A stretch of DNA of 63,996 nt, counting the filler, from Pelomyxa schiedti (lineage: Eukaryota; Protista; Evosea), in assembly GCA_020536535.1 (NCBI GenBank). It is 10 parts of 10 records of this genome, joined end to end, with 100 filler letters (N's around TTAATTAATTAA, not from the genome) between each part and the next. Parts side by side here need not be neighbours in the genome. Positions count along the whole stretch, not along the records: positions 1 to 22,150 come from JAHLWZ010001067.1; positions 22,251 to 43,262 come from JAHLWZ010000540.1; 8 more parts are not named here. One strand, 5' to 3'. The translations under genes and the position numbers were made by a program. The notes under the pieces were generated by a model. That model was given only the letters and a program-made list of their open reading frames with translations, had not been told where the DNA came from and ran no database searches. Shown piece after piece: positions 13,666-25,470 of the stretch. Every line of letters starts with the position of its first letter. Within the stretch, counting starts at the first letter, position 1.

Positions 13666-14384
13666 GTGGCAGAATAAAAAACACCGGTGTGATGTTTTAT
13701 ATCACGATACAGAGGGGGTTTATAAGGTGGGTCGGTTCGCTGGTGTCTGGTAGCTTGAACTCGCTGGTTCCCGTGAAGGGCCATTTTAGTTGGCCGACTT
13801 GGCCCCCAATCATCACACCGGGATTCCCTTAATCCACAACTCGATTGGGCTGAACCGGATGCCCAAGGCGCGACACACAACCAACCAACCAACCATTGAT
13901 TGTAAGGAACAACAACAACAAAAAAAAAAAAAACAATTTGTCATACCCTCGGAGGGTGTCGGACCCACTCATTGTGCTTGGTATCATTTTTGCCTTGATT
14001 CCACTTTGGTGCATCAGCGGCTCCCCATTTTTGTTGTTGAGAAGTATCATACGAGTTACCCCAAAGTATCAATTCACAACGCCATCCGATGGCGAGGGTA
14101 ATCTTCTTTTCCCCCAGGCACCTTGAAAAAAACAAAGAAACTCCTGTGTGATTCATTATGGGATGCTTCAGGAATTTTCCTGTTGGGGTTTTTGAAAAAC
14201 GAAGGTGCCCAGCTCCTCCGGGAGTACTTCCAGCTGCAGTGTGGGTTTGGTTCGTTTTCTTCTAAGGTGTGAGACTTTGCACTCAATCAAAACACTAGGT
14301 GCAGGTCTTTTCTGAGGGACCCTTTGAGAGCTCTGAGGCGACATTGGAAAGAGTTTTAATCAGGAACACAATGGGGATTCATAA

Positions 14385-17300
14385 TCACAGAGTGATTGTG
14401 TATGTGTACCAGGAGCCACCTGTTACAACCTCGTGGATTCCAGGGAGGATAACTTCTGCTGTTGTGCCGGCGGGAGATATAAATTGGTAAGTGGCTTGCT
14501 GGCTGCTGGATTTGTTCCATTGGGCCTGGATGATGCCTTGGGGCGAGGGAACTACGGCTGAGGCGGAACTGACAGTGGGGTCAAATGTAGGCATCACTTT
14601 GATGGATTTCCATCCGGGACCTGATTGCCAAATTCCTGGTTTGGTTTTTTTTTTGTTACTGAGAAGGAAGGTATTGAGCATTAACTCGTACCGGTTAAAA
14701 TTTGAACAAGGTGGAATGAGGGATGTGCGGTCCAGGCATGCGTGGCAGAGTTTCCGCTGTGCTCATCCCAATAATAGTCCTCCCAAGTTGTGTTTGTTGT
14801 TAACATTGGCTCCCAATTGGTTCTGTGGGATTTTGAGGGAAAAAAACAAAGGGAAATCAGGGAAACCGATAGAAATTGAGGCAATCAGTGCAGTTACCTT
14901 CAGCCCCCATCACATCTAGAGCATAACTAGACCAAAAAGCTGATGGTGTTGCACCGTCAACATATTCTCCACGCAGGAATGGTGTTATCTTGGTGCTTGG
15001 GACAGTGAGAAAAAAAATACAAAGGAATCCGTTGTATACCTGATCATTACTTGTTTAGCTTCAGGGACCAATCCTAAAAGTATGGCTAGTACTTGATCAT
15101 GCACAGACGATCCTGTATCTGGAATGCCATTGTCATCAAGCCCATTGATGAACAGTTGTTGCTCGGAATCATATAGATATTCTATTACAAGCCCTTTGTG
15201 GGTCTCCGCCTTCTCACTTATTTCTTGAGCTTCTGTTTGCATTCCTAATTTGTGTAAGGAGCTCGAGAAAATCTCCAGGCAAAGATTTTTACCTGCTGCT
15301 GTCAATACTTCTCCAAGGTATTGCAGGGTTAGGAGATACCACAGATTCAAGAATGTCGGTATTTTCCCCTTGTACCTGTTGTGAGTGGTTGGAGAACGCG
15401 CACTTCACTTTTTGGGGAAAAAAAGTAGAGTTACAATGTAGACCAATCTTCAAATAACCAGAATCTATTGTCATTTGCTAAGAGATTGTAGGGACCTCGG
15501 GCTGGGGCTGTATCAAAGTACGATAGTACACTCTTCACACGTTCCCATTGATATGTTATAATAGTGGGGTCTCCAGTTTGCCAATATAAGTCCCTATTCT
15601 TTAATGCATGAATATTACATAAGACTTGAAGTTAATTACAGTCATAATCCAAGTGAGGGAAAAGTCTGGAAGTATGCAATTGTATGCAACTGTAGGCTAA
15701 CAAAAATTATCACAAAGGTAAAGCGCAAAGGCACTAACAGCATGTCCGTATGTTAGGCCATGGTATGCAAACTCACGGGAAAGAAGAGTGATGCCTAAGA
15801 TGACATCAGCTCTAATAATGTGAACGCATTCAAACACACCATACTGAAGGAGTCTAGTGTCACCATCCAAATAGAATGTATTCATTGATTGAATTCTGGA
15901 GAGTGGGAAGTTCCCAACAAAAAAACCATTGGAGTTCACTTACCGTGCATCCCCAAACCACATTGCCTTAAACGGTCATTAATGTCTCGGATGAAATGCA
16001 ACCTGATACCTGCTCTCTCCAAGCAGTATCTACATAGGTATCCATACTGCACAGCTGTTGGGTATTTCTTGCTGCCACATAGATGCTTCAAATCAAGTGA
16101 CTACAAAATCAACACAGATTGTAGGATGTACTTGGAGAGAAGCTTGTCACTCGAATTGAAAGTTCCTTGTAGAGTAAAAGGATACTCGACTACTCTAACC
16201 TTTTAGAATTATTACTTGTGCAAACTTTGGATGAGTTTAACCTTCATTTTCAGAGTCAGAGCTGTTTCCACATCACGTGCTATTACAGTAACATGTCTGA
16301 ATAAAAGTAAATGATAAAATTCGTGCTCTGTGGTTCCTGTATTCAAGAAAAGCCTATCCAAGGTAACCGTAAAGTGCTTGATGGAGAAATTTCTTACCGA
16401 TTGGCTAAAGCGAGCCATGAAGCATCTCCAGGTGTGATAAACATGGGATATCCTGAACGGAGGCACTGGTCGTGCTGGAAATCAAGTATCTGGTTGATAA
16501 GTCAGCTTTGTAGACTCACTTAATTCGGGCGGATTTTGTACCTCCCCACCTTGACTCCCATCTACTTGTACGATGAGATTTCCGACAACGATCATGCCGA
16601 CATCAACAGTGATTGACTGCCAGTGGCCAATTCCTTTACAAAGGTAAGCATGAGGAACAAAAATAGTCATTTTACCTGTGGCGGGGATTGTAATTTGGAG
16701 CCAACCATCAACAATTTTGGAAATAATTGACGTTCCATCGCCCCACTGAGTAACGGTGGATCCTTCTGCATTCCAACCCCAAGAAATATTGTCCCACTCA
16801 CGATAACCATCACCACAAGTTCCTGGGTTATTCCATAACTTCTCTTAACAGTTGGATATGATAGAAAATATGTACCACTTCCATCTGAACTCACTGAGGT
16901 CGGTGTGATCAGCTCTTCAATTAGAATTGGGGTCATTCTAGAAAATGAGATAAAATACAAAAAGGGGGGTACTATACCTTGGTTCAAGAGTATTCCAAGG
17001 CGGCCTTCCAAATGGACTGGACAAAAAGGCTTGAGCAGGAGAAGGGTACATCTCAGGGACCCACTCTTGTACAATAAATTAATTGTCGGCCTACAGAGGC
17101 AATCTAGTATATTATTATAAATACCCACCTTGTACCTATTGGAGGGATGGAGCTTGTTATCCACGACCTATCGGCCTGTGCACCGTTCACAATCTCCTGT
17201 AACATAGTATTGGAAGAACATCGTTGATAGGGAACACAACTTCAAAGTCCATTTGGAGAGATAAGCGGGCTGCTTGGGGAATATTTGCCGGTGATCTTCG

Positions 17301-17982
17301 GTACGAAAAGGTTGACTAGGAGGTAGTTTGAGTAACAGTGACAATACTTCCCTCTAACCTGTGAGGAATATAAAGAAAACGAGCCCCATTCGCAGCCAAC
17401 AAGTAAACCAGCTTGCGTCTGTGTGATGTACTTGAATGTACTTATTCCAGGATTGTATGCCTCCACAGAAATCCAGTTGTGTGAGAGAGGTTGAAGAGCA
17501 CTGGATACGTCATGAACTTCATATGGCCAATGCTTCTGAAATCCCCTGCCAGGACCGCGTCCAATATCTGTAGGTATTTATTTGGCCTGAATAGGCCAAA
17601 GGAAAATTCGTGTACATATCCCATTCACCCACAGCTTATATGAAGCATCAGCAGTGATGTAGAGATTGGCTGGGGAGGGTATAGTCACAGGTAAAAAGAA
17701 GTCAGCTCTTCAAACAAGCAGTTGTTAACATTCCAAGAAGAAGAAGAAGAAAAAAAAAAAAAACCTGAACTGGGCCCTATCATTGTACAGGTACATGTAC
17801 ATCTCAGGCCATATCCACGACGCCTTGTCCAGAGGGGTCCCTGTCGTCCCATCATGGTCCCAAGCGGCTGCCCCCATGATGTTGATGTTGGTGTGGCCCT
17901 GCTGCAACGACGCTGGCGAGCAGGAGCAGAATCCCACAATTGTCACAACTGCTACTGCAAGCAGCAACACCTCCAATCTCAT
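14385..17982 (-). CDS. Secreted GH78 alpha-L-rhamnosidase
   Basis: Signal peptide; ASWIW; HITADASYKLWVNG..GRGPGRG; ILPDFSLTWI..YWQTGD; WLFEDW; NWEPML..TTWEDY..SATHAWTAHPS; GPGWKSIKVMP; VPSPQGIIQAQW. Many introns. Confidence 0.88.
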
Positions 17983-18146
17983 TTTCAGTTCCCAAACGAC
18001 ACGTCAAGCTGTTGTCACTCGCTGTGTTGATATCAACTTAACTCCCTGGTTTTTGACCCTCCCGAACGAGTCAACTTGGTCACTTTTCCGCGAACTTGTT
18101 CAACAAAAGAATCCAACGTTCCTGTCTCACATAATCAACCAACCAA

Positions 18147-19464
18147 ATGGCAACTACAACAGGGGCGACGATGCTCATCGACAGCAGTGAGTGCACCAAG
18201 TACTTCTTTTTCCCACGGGACAGCAACCCCTACGCGGACATTGCGCCGGGGATCAAGGGTAGGTGCACGGTCAAGGACGTGGCGTGCGCCAACGGCGTCG
18301 TGTGCAAGTGCACGATGGTGCAAGCTGAGGTCCCCTGTGGCTATACCATAATTCACTTCCATGGGAACGGCGAGCTGGTGGAGAGCTACCTCGAGGTGTG
18401 TTGTGTTTTTTGCGTAGTCTTGCATTATTACCAACAACCAAAAATTTATTTTAAAAAACCTTTTTTTTTTTTTGATTTATTTTGGTGGGATACAAGAACA
18501 AAAACTTCCACCAGGAACCTCCACCAGCGTGCTTGCATCAATTCTTCAACTCCATTGGCTTAACAACTGTTTTCTTTGAGTATCGTGGGTATGGACCCAA
18601 CCGTAGTAGCCGAGATAAAGTATGGCAATCCTACAAATACCCCTTTTTCTTCTGTTAATGAACAACAGTTGGCTATAACTCCCGCGTTAGAAGATATTAC
18701 AAACTTACTTTCCACGTTTCATCTCCAAGAAGACAAAGTATAACATTTATTGTACTAAGTAATCTTACTGGCACCAGGTCATCGTTTTTGGACGATCACT
18801 AGGATCACTGTTTGCTCTAAAACTTGTATCCAAGCACCCCAAAATTGCTGGTTTGATCCTAGACAGTGGTGTTGCGTCTGTTTGCAGGTTCGCATTTATT
18901 GATTTTCCCACTTGCTCAAAACTATTTTGAACAGTGTTTGGGGAGAGGCCTTCGAAGGCCATGTTGACGTTGCACAACTAAAAGAGGAAGAAGCTCGTCA
19001 CTTGGGTCAAATATCTTCCATATCTGCCTACCAAGGTAACCTAAAAACCCACCGCTCCTGTCTTTCAGTGTTCCCACCAAAGTTCCTTTTTAGGCCCGGC
19101 ACTTATAATGCAGGCTGTTGATGACAGGCTTGTTCCATTTGAACAAAACGCAAGAGTACTGTTCAAATCCCACGCAGAAAGCGGAGTTGCATCGGGCACG
19201 CCGGTGCCTCCACCAACACAAAATACCTCACCAGGAGTCACCCTCACCACATCCACACCACCAAGCCCCACAACACAGCTGGCCGCCTTTGACAAAGGTG
19301 ACCACAACTATATCTACCTCGCCAATGTGGAATCCTATCACTCCATAATCAAGGACTTCGTGACCACTCACTGTGGTGTTGTGATTCCCGCTACTGAGTC
19401 ACCAACCTCTTCCTCCTCAACAACTCCTCAGTCTCGCTCTGAAGGAGGGTGCCTGTTGTGTTGA
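18147..19464 (+). CDS. Alpha/beta hydrolase (ABHD13/17-like fold) with C-terminal CaaX-like CLLC
   Basis: IIHFHGNGE, FEYRGYG, nucleophile elbow FGRSLGS, GLILDSG, AVDDRLVP, GDHN. Confidence 0.9.
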
Positions 19465-19499
19465 AATGAAATTTTAGATGAATTTTATTTGACAAAAAA

Positions 19500-20300
19500 G
19501 TACGTGACGTGGAATGCCCAACCGCTCTCGAGGTGCAAACAGTCAGCTGCATCCTACATCATGGAACGCTGATGTGTAGAGGTCATTGATCACCCCCACC
19601 GCCCACAGGCTCACTCTGCTCGTATGGTCTCTCCCACACAGGACAATCTCGAAGGGTTTCCTGGGCGAAGTTCAGTCGCACAAGGAAGGCACTGGAATAC
19701 TAGACAGAGTGTTTTTGGGAACAAACAAAACAAGTACTGTTTCTTGTAAAAAGAAAATTTATTCGACAACCACCCCGTGTTTGGGGTGTCGGGGGGGACG
19801 ATGTGGGAGCAGGAGAGTGCATTCATTTGCGCTCTTGGATGTTCCTGTGCGAAGCGTGTGTCGATGTTGTTGTTGTTGTTCCTTGAGGTGTGTGAGTGAC
19901 TCCATTGCCGGGCTGTGTGTTAGCTGTTTGTCAAAAGCATGTACCTTAAGGTGTGGTAAGCGGTGCAAACAGTGAAACCCACCAGAGGGAGGATTACCTT
20001 CGCCATCTGAAGTCTATTCTTCTTCAATCATCTTCTTTGCTGCCTACTTACATTCCGCAAAATTTTCTACCTACTAAAAAATGTTAATGGGTGGTTTTTC
20101 TTGCGGAAGTGAAAGACCTTTTTTAGCCTTCGTATTTTCCAAGGTTCCACTGGCACACGTGTGACTCCATGGAGACCCCTCCTGATGACAATGCCGATGA
20201 CATCACAGTCGCTGGATGGGATATGGTTACTTAACCCAAAATTGATAGAAAATTTCAACCTCATATTAGTCTGCAACTGTGCACCGCACCCACAGAGAAC
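19500..20300 (-). pseudogene. Degenerate spliced gene remnant of unknown family
   Basis: Exon-like blocks with GT-AG boundaries but in-frame TAG stops (ENFAECK*AAKKMIEEE*TSDGE). Confidence 0.3.
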
Positions 20301-20416
20301 TTAATCATGTGAAGAATGGGGGGATAAAATATGTAATAAGCGATATCGGATGAAAATCAGCTTATTGGTAATAAAGGGGTGTGCTATTATTTTGTTTAGT
20401 AGTGAGATTGCGGGCA

Positions 20417-21937
20417 TTTGATACTGCTTTGTTTCGAGTGATGGCGACTCGACTCCACTCCACTCCACAGTGACTGTGAGAGAAACCCAAGAGAGACCCC
20501 TTTGAGTTCTAGCACTGGGTGTATCTGATGGATGGGTGCATGCTGCGGGCGAAAAGGGGGGAGAGCCCAACACAGCCATGCCGCCGCTGCAGATCGAGCA
20601 CACGGCACGAAGGTGGCTGTGATGAGCCCAAGGGGGAGCCCGCAGAATGCACCGCCATCAGCCCACGCTATGGGGGTCCTCAAGGATGGGAAGGGGGAAA
20701 TGAAATCTATTTTTAATGATGAAAACAAAATTGAGAAGGAAATGCCCCAATAGTATTCGAGCCTTCGTTGAGAGAAGTCGGGAATTTGTATCTCACGGAA
20801 CAGTTAGTAAAACTGTATGAAGGAATTTGGATATACTGCCGGCAATATATAGATATGTATTGTGACAAGTCCTCATAAATATACGAGTGCCCAAGGTGTG
20901 TGAAAATCATCATAGCCACAGCCAAAGAGAGAGAGTGTACGCGGCGGACAGCCAAGTCTTCACCGCCACCCTCAAAAACGACCACTGTCCTTGTTCCCCA
21001 AGGCAAAGGGACTCCTCGGTGAGTAGTCTCCAAGTCAGTGCCAGTGCCAGTCCCAGTACCACTGTCAGAGTGAGTGGCATGCATTGCATTGCCGGGGAGT
21101 TTGAGTTTTTTGGCGGGGGACAGAACTGTCCCACCGCCCTCCCCCGAGAAAAACGACAAAGAGCACGGAGTCTGCTTCAGATATTAAAGTACAATCCTCG
21201 TCACGTCATGTAATGTCATGTAATATAATATCTCTATCTCTGAACCTATATCGTTTTTAGTAACGAGATGGATTGGATTTGATACTGCTTTGTTTTGAGA
21301 CTCTAGACTCCACAGTGAGACCCAAGAGAGACCCCTTTGAGTTCTAGCACTGGGTGTATCTGATGGATGGGTGCATCCTGCGGGCGAAAAGGGGGGGGAG
21401 CCCAACACAGCCATGCCGCCGCTGCAGATCGAGCACACGACACTGAAGGTGGCTGTGATGAGCCCAAGGGGGAGCCCGCAGAATGCACCGCCATCAGCCC
21501 ACGCTATGGGGGTCCTCAAGGGAAAAAGCACCTATTGGGAAAAAATGAATATATGTTTAAAACGGGAATGAAATGCCCCAATAGTATTCGAGCTTCGCGA
21601 AAGGTCGGGAATTTGTATCTCACGGAACAGTTAGTAAAACTGCACGAAGGGATTGGATATAGATGTGTATTGTGACAAGTCCTCATTCCTGTACGAAGTG
21701 CCCAAGGTGTGCGTAAATTATCGCAGGTAGGTAGTCCCATATAGCCCATTGCTGCATTGCGGGGAAGAGAGTGTACGCGGCGGACAGCCAAGTCTTCACC
21801 GCCACCCTCAAAAGCGACCACTTCCCTTGCTCCCCAAAGCAAAGTGACTCCTCAGTGAGTAGTCTCCAAGTCAGTGCCAGTGCCAGGGAGTTTGAGTTTT
21901 TTGGCGGGGGACAGAACTGTCCCACCACCCTCCCCAG
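20417..21937. repeat. Diverged tandem duplication (~20417-21148 and ~21277-21937) of a decayed minus-strand coding segment
   Basis: Long shared blocks (cccaagagagacccctttgagttctagcac..., gtcgggaatttgtatctcacggaacagttag..., gccaagtcttcaccgccaccctcaaaa) with indels; matching peptide fragments such as RTPIAWADGGAFCGLPLG in both copies. Confidence 0.85.
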
Positions 21938-22150
21938 AGTCTATGCTTCCTTCCGCGAGGTGCAATAGTCTTTCTTCCACTGGGACATTGTCACTTCGAA
22001 GGATCTTGGAAATAGTTACACAGCACGCCGGTTGGTGTGTTTTCGACGAGGAGTTTGTGTTTGCGTTACGGGGTTGGGTTGGTGTTGGGTTTGTGTTGCG
22101 TACCGGGTTGTTTGCCGCGACGCGTGTCAGCCGGGGCGATTAATTTGTAA

Positions 22151-22250
22151 NNNNNNNNNNNNNNNNNNNNNNNNNNNNNNNNNNNNNNNNNNNNTTAATT
22201 AATTAANNNNNNNNNNNNNNNNNNNNNNNNNNNNNNNNNNNNNNNNNNNN
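22151..22250. other. Artificial contig linker N44-TTAATTAATTAA-N44; also at 43263-43362, 44633-44732, 48967-49066, 54557-54656, 57980-58079, 59145-59244, 60651-60750, 62890-62989
   Basis: Identical 100-nt spacer carrying stops in all six frames. Confidence 0.98.
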
Positions 22251-22400
22251 CCTATTTTCAGTGTTCCTGGAGCCCAGATAGTGGCGACACCTATTCTCTA
22301 CAGACAAGGCGTGATTGCTCTGCACACTGCTCCAGATCAACTTGTGATAGTAGACGCAGCAACCGGTTTAAATCTGGCCACGCTTTTCCTCTCGGGTTGA
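22251..22400 (+). CDS. 3' fragment of a hypothetical protein, truncated by contig start
   Basis: Open frame ...QGVIALHTAPDQLVIVDAATGLNLATLFLSG* (beta-propeller-like terminus). Confidence 0.45.
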   Translation, partial: PIFSVPGAQIVATPILYRQGVIALHTAPDQLVIVDAATGLNLATLFLSG

Positions 22401-22675
22401 TTGATCCTTCTTCTTGAAGTTCAATCAACCCACTCTTCCAAACACGAGGAGGTGCTCAGATTCTTCCTTACCGTATTCAGATCCTCGGGTTCAATTCCGT
22501 TCTCCTAACATCACAACTTTCTGGCCGGGGATGTAAAAAATGGACACGGCAAGAGAAAAAAAAGGGAAAACTTCTTTCCCCCTTTTTAACGTCAAACGAA
22601 GGCCTTCGTTTTAACCCACGGGTGGTTGTAATAATCACAAAAACAAATACAACAAAAGCAAGAACGCGCGTCGGT

Positions 22676-25136
22676 ATGCAAGGATCAATTTTTGGTGGGC
22701 ATGTGGGTGTTTTTGCCGTTGTGGCAGTAGTGCTGGGGATGGCGATTATGGGAACGCAGGGGCTGCATTATTCAGTAATGCTTGATGGTGGATCAACAAG
22801 CACAAAGGCCTATGTTTATACTTTCCCTGATTTTGGAAAGGATGCCATTCCTACGGTAGTTTTTTATATTGCTTTTTTGTACTTGCCTTGTTTTTGCGAC
22901 ATAGTTCCAAGAGTTTAACCTGGGTATCTAGATTTCGCAGTTGATAACAAAGAAGTTCTCGCCAGGGCTGTCATCCTATGCAAGGTCGTGAATAAGGTTG
23001 GCTTGTTTTACTTTTCCTTACCGGCCTCACAGTAACTTGACCGCTGCGAGAGTTTATGCTCAGAACATAAATCAGTGGGCTGCCAAGCAGGTACCTGTTG
23101 ATTCACAGCCCGCGACGCCACTGTATTATCTGTGCACTGCCGGAGTGAGAGCTCTCAGTGTAGACAGCCAGATAGCACTTATTAATGCCGTGTATGATGA
23201 GCTTTCAGCGGGCCCCTTCCTTTACCTCAGCACCGATCAGGTAACCCAGTACCAGAGGTAAAGAGAAAGTAAGGAGTAATACAGGTTGCCGTTCTACCAG
23301 GGAGCCAGGAAGGAATTTTTGCTTGGTTTTCTTTGAACTATTTATTGGGAACCTTGCCACCAGTGAAATCTGAAGGAATTTTTGACATGGGAGGAGCTTC
23401 AACACAAGTAAGTTACTTCGTGCAAGGAAGCTAGACTCACCTCCATTTCGCAAAGATATCTTATCAACCATCTGAAACTATTCTTGAGAGCTCCTTCAAT
23501 TTGACGTTAGGGCCATACAGCTATTATGCTTATTCTTATAGTTATCCCCTTGGAGATGTTGCCATGATGCAAAAGGTGAAGTCGACATGATATACACTCT
23601 GACACTCTGACTCTGTTTCAGGTCAACGAGGCGGCTGTTGCTTTGCAAGATATTGCTGCGACTGAAATTCCTCAGCCTTGCTTCTTAAAAGGTCTGCCCA
23701 AGCCGCTCCTCCCACAAATAACATGTTGGCAACAGGCTACAATGAATCGTTCACCTACAACAGTCGGTCACTGAAGTTAGTAGGAATTGGAGACTACAAC
23801 CAATGCCTAGCCCTAATTTTCGGCATCCTGGCTCCAAATAGAACTTGCTCAACGGTCTCTCCTTGCACAGTGAACGGCACTTATCAACCAAGCGTTGTCG
23901 GTAACACCTTAGCTTTTCCTATTACACACCGCATATGGTGTCATATTTGTTACTTACTTGTGTGTCAATCGCAGACCACTCGTTCTACGCGATCAACGGA
24001 TTCTACTACACCGTTGATTTCTTCAAACTTGCACTTACGGGAACATCACCCCGAGAGCTCCAAGATGCCGGGAAAGCGTTTTGCAACCTGACGTGGACAG
24101 AGGCGCAGGCGAAATACCCATCAACAGCGGCGTCGTACCTCAAGACTTATTGCTATAGTCCTCTCTACTTCTCGTCACTGATACTCGACTATGGGATCCC
24201 GATGTATTCTGTCAATGAAATAAATGCATATGTAACTAACATACGGTATTTATTTCAGTGACAATGACACTCAAGTTATTTACGCTACAACAATAAACGG
24301 AACGACTCTTGGGTGGCCTCTTGGCGCTGCTGTGTATTTATCCACCTTTTTTCTAAAGATAATTTTTAATGAGAAATCAGGTATTACGCGTGTTATGTCA
24401 ATGGACTTGCTTCTTTCTCGAGCTCTCAGTCGACATCTTCCAGCTCAGTGTCCTCCAGCTCACAATCAATATCTTCAAGCTCCCAGTCTTCTCATTCCTC
24501 GTCGGAGTCTTTAAGCTCTTCCCATAGCATTTCGGAGAGCTCACATTCTGTCTCCATGTCAACTTCCACATCAACATCTACTTCCTTGTCTTCATCTCAC
24601 TCCATTTCCAAATCTGAATCTGAGTCTAAATCCGACTCCGACTCCGACTCCGAATCCCAATCCCAATCCCAATCCCAATCTGAATCCAACTCAGACTCGC
24701 AGTCCACATCCGGCTCAGCATCGGAATCAACCTCCACTTCAGCCTCCCAATCAAAGTCTACTTCGGCATCAACTTCCGCATCAACCTCCAATTCAATATC
24801 AACTTCCCATTCACAATCCCGGTCTACCTCTGTGTCCCACTCTGACTCCCGGTCGACATCTAGATCAATGTCACACTCACATTCCTTCTCTGAGTCAGAG
24901 TCAGCATCCGAATCCGAGAGTGAATCAGAATCAGAATCAGAGTCTGAATCTGAATCTGAATCAGAGGAGCAGAGTTCTTCAGAAGAATCCGAAGACCAAT
25001 CCACATCCATTTCCGGCGCCGCTACAACTCACCAAGGGTACGCATACATTGACTCGCGTACTTCTCATCTAACCACTCACCACACAGGCTTCTTTTTGCT
25101 TTGTTCTCAGCTGTGCTTGCTGTACTGGCATGTTAA
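22676..25136 (+). CDS. GDA1/CD39-family ecto-NTPDase (apyrase) with Ser-rich stalk and putative GPI signal
   Basis: All five apyrase conserved regions: MLDGGSTSTK, LCTAGVR, GSQEGIFAWFSLNYLLG, DMGGASTQ, GWPLGAA. Then ~200 aa Ser-X repeats and spliced end GLLFALFSAVLAVLAC*. Confidence 0.92.
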
Positions 25137-25470
25137 TTTAATCACCACCCAAAGACCACCACACATTTGTCCATAAGAGCTTGAAAAATATTTCATTTTC
25201 CTTCCTGCACTGGCCCACAGACAAACAGCCACAAAAACATCCTCACAAAAAAACACCTTCCCTGGATTTATGAGCAGCTCACGCTCACTACAGATCAACT
25301 GTTCATCAGCGCTCTTAGCTCACCTTCAAAGAAAAATCCTGGATTGGATTTACAATAATAATCAACGGACCGGAACAGCGCTTTTTTCATGATACAACAA
25401 TAAAGTAATAGTCGGCAAACGGGGCGGTCTGTGTTTATTTTATTCTGAAGTACCGAGTGCAGGGGTATTA

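Noticed and set aside
13690-14380. ncRNA or small gene between the cyclin and GH78
   Set aside because: No recognisable RNA family motifs or coherent spliced ORF.
19995-20070. TAG reassignment suggested by two in-frame TAGs in a plausible frame
   Set aside because: Intact genes here (MMPL, PLA2 B, WDR89-like) appear to terminate at TAG, and long exons lack internal TAG; a pseudogene is the simpler reading.
22195-22206. Recurrent TTAATTAATTAA as piggyBac TTAA target sites or a biological motif
   Set aside because: Always centred in N44 flanks; it is an artificial six-frame-stop contig linker.
22394-22431. Hairpin (gggttgattga/tcaatcaaccc) over a TGA as a SECIS or readthrough signal
   Set aside because: Lacks the SECIS core geometry, and the protein appears to end naturally there.
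22445-22506. tRNA or tRNA-Sec suggested by GGTTCAATTCC
   Set aside because: No consistent T-stem, D-arm or acceptor pairing.
24597-25010. Minus-strand Asp/Glu-rich ORF and similar antisense GC-rich ORFs
   Set aside because: Shadow frames of low-complexity sense genes.
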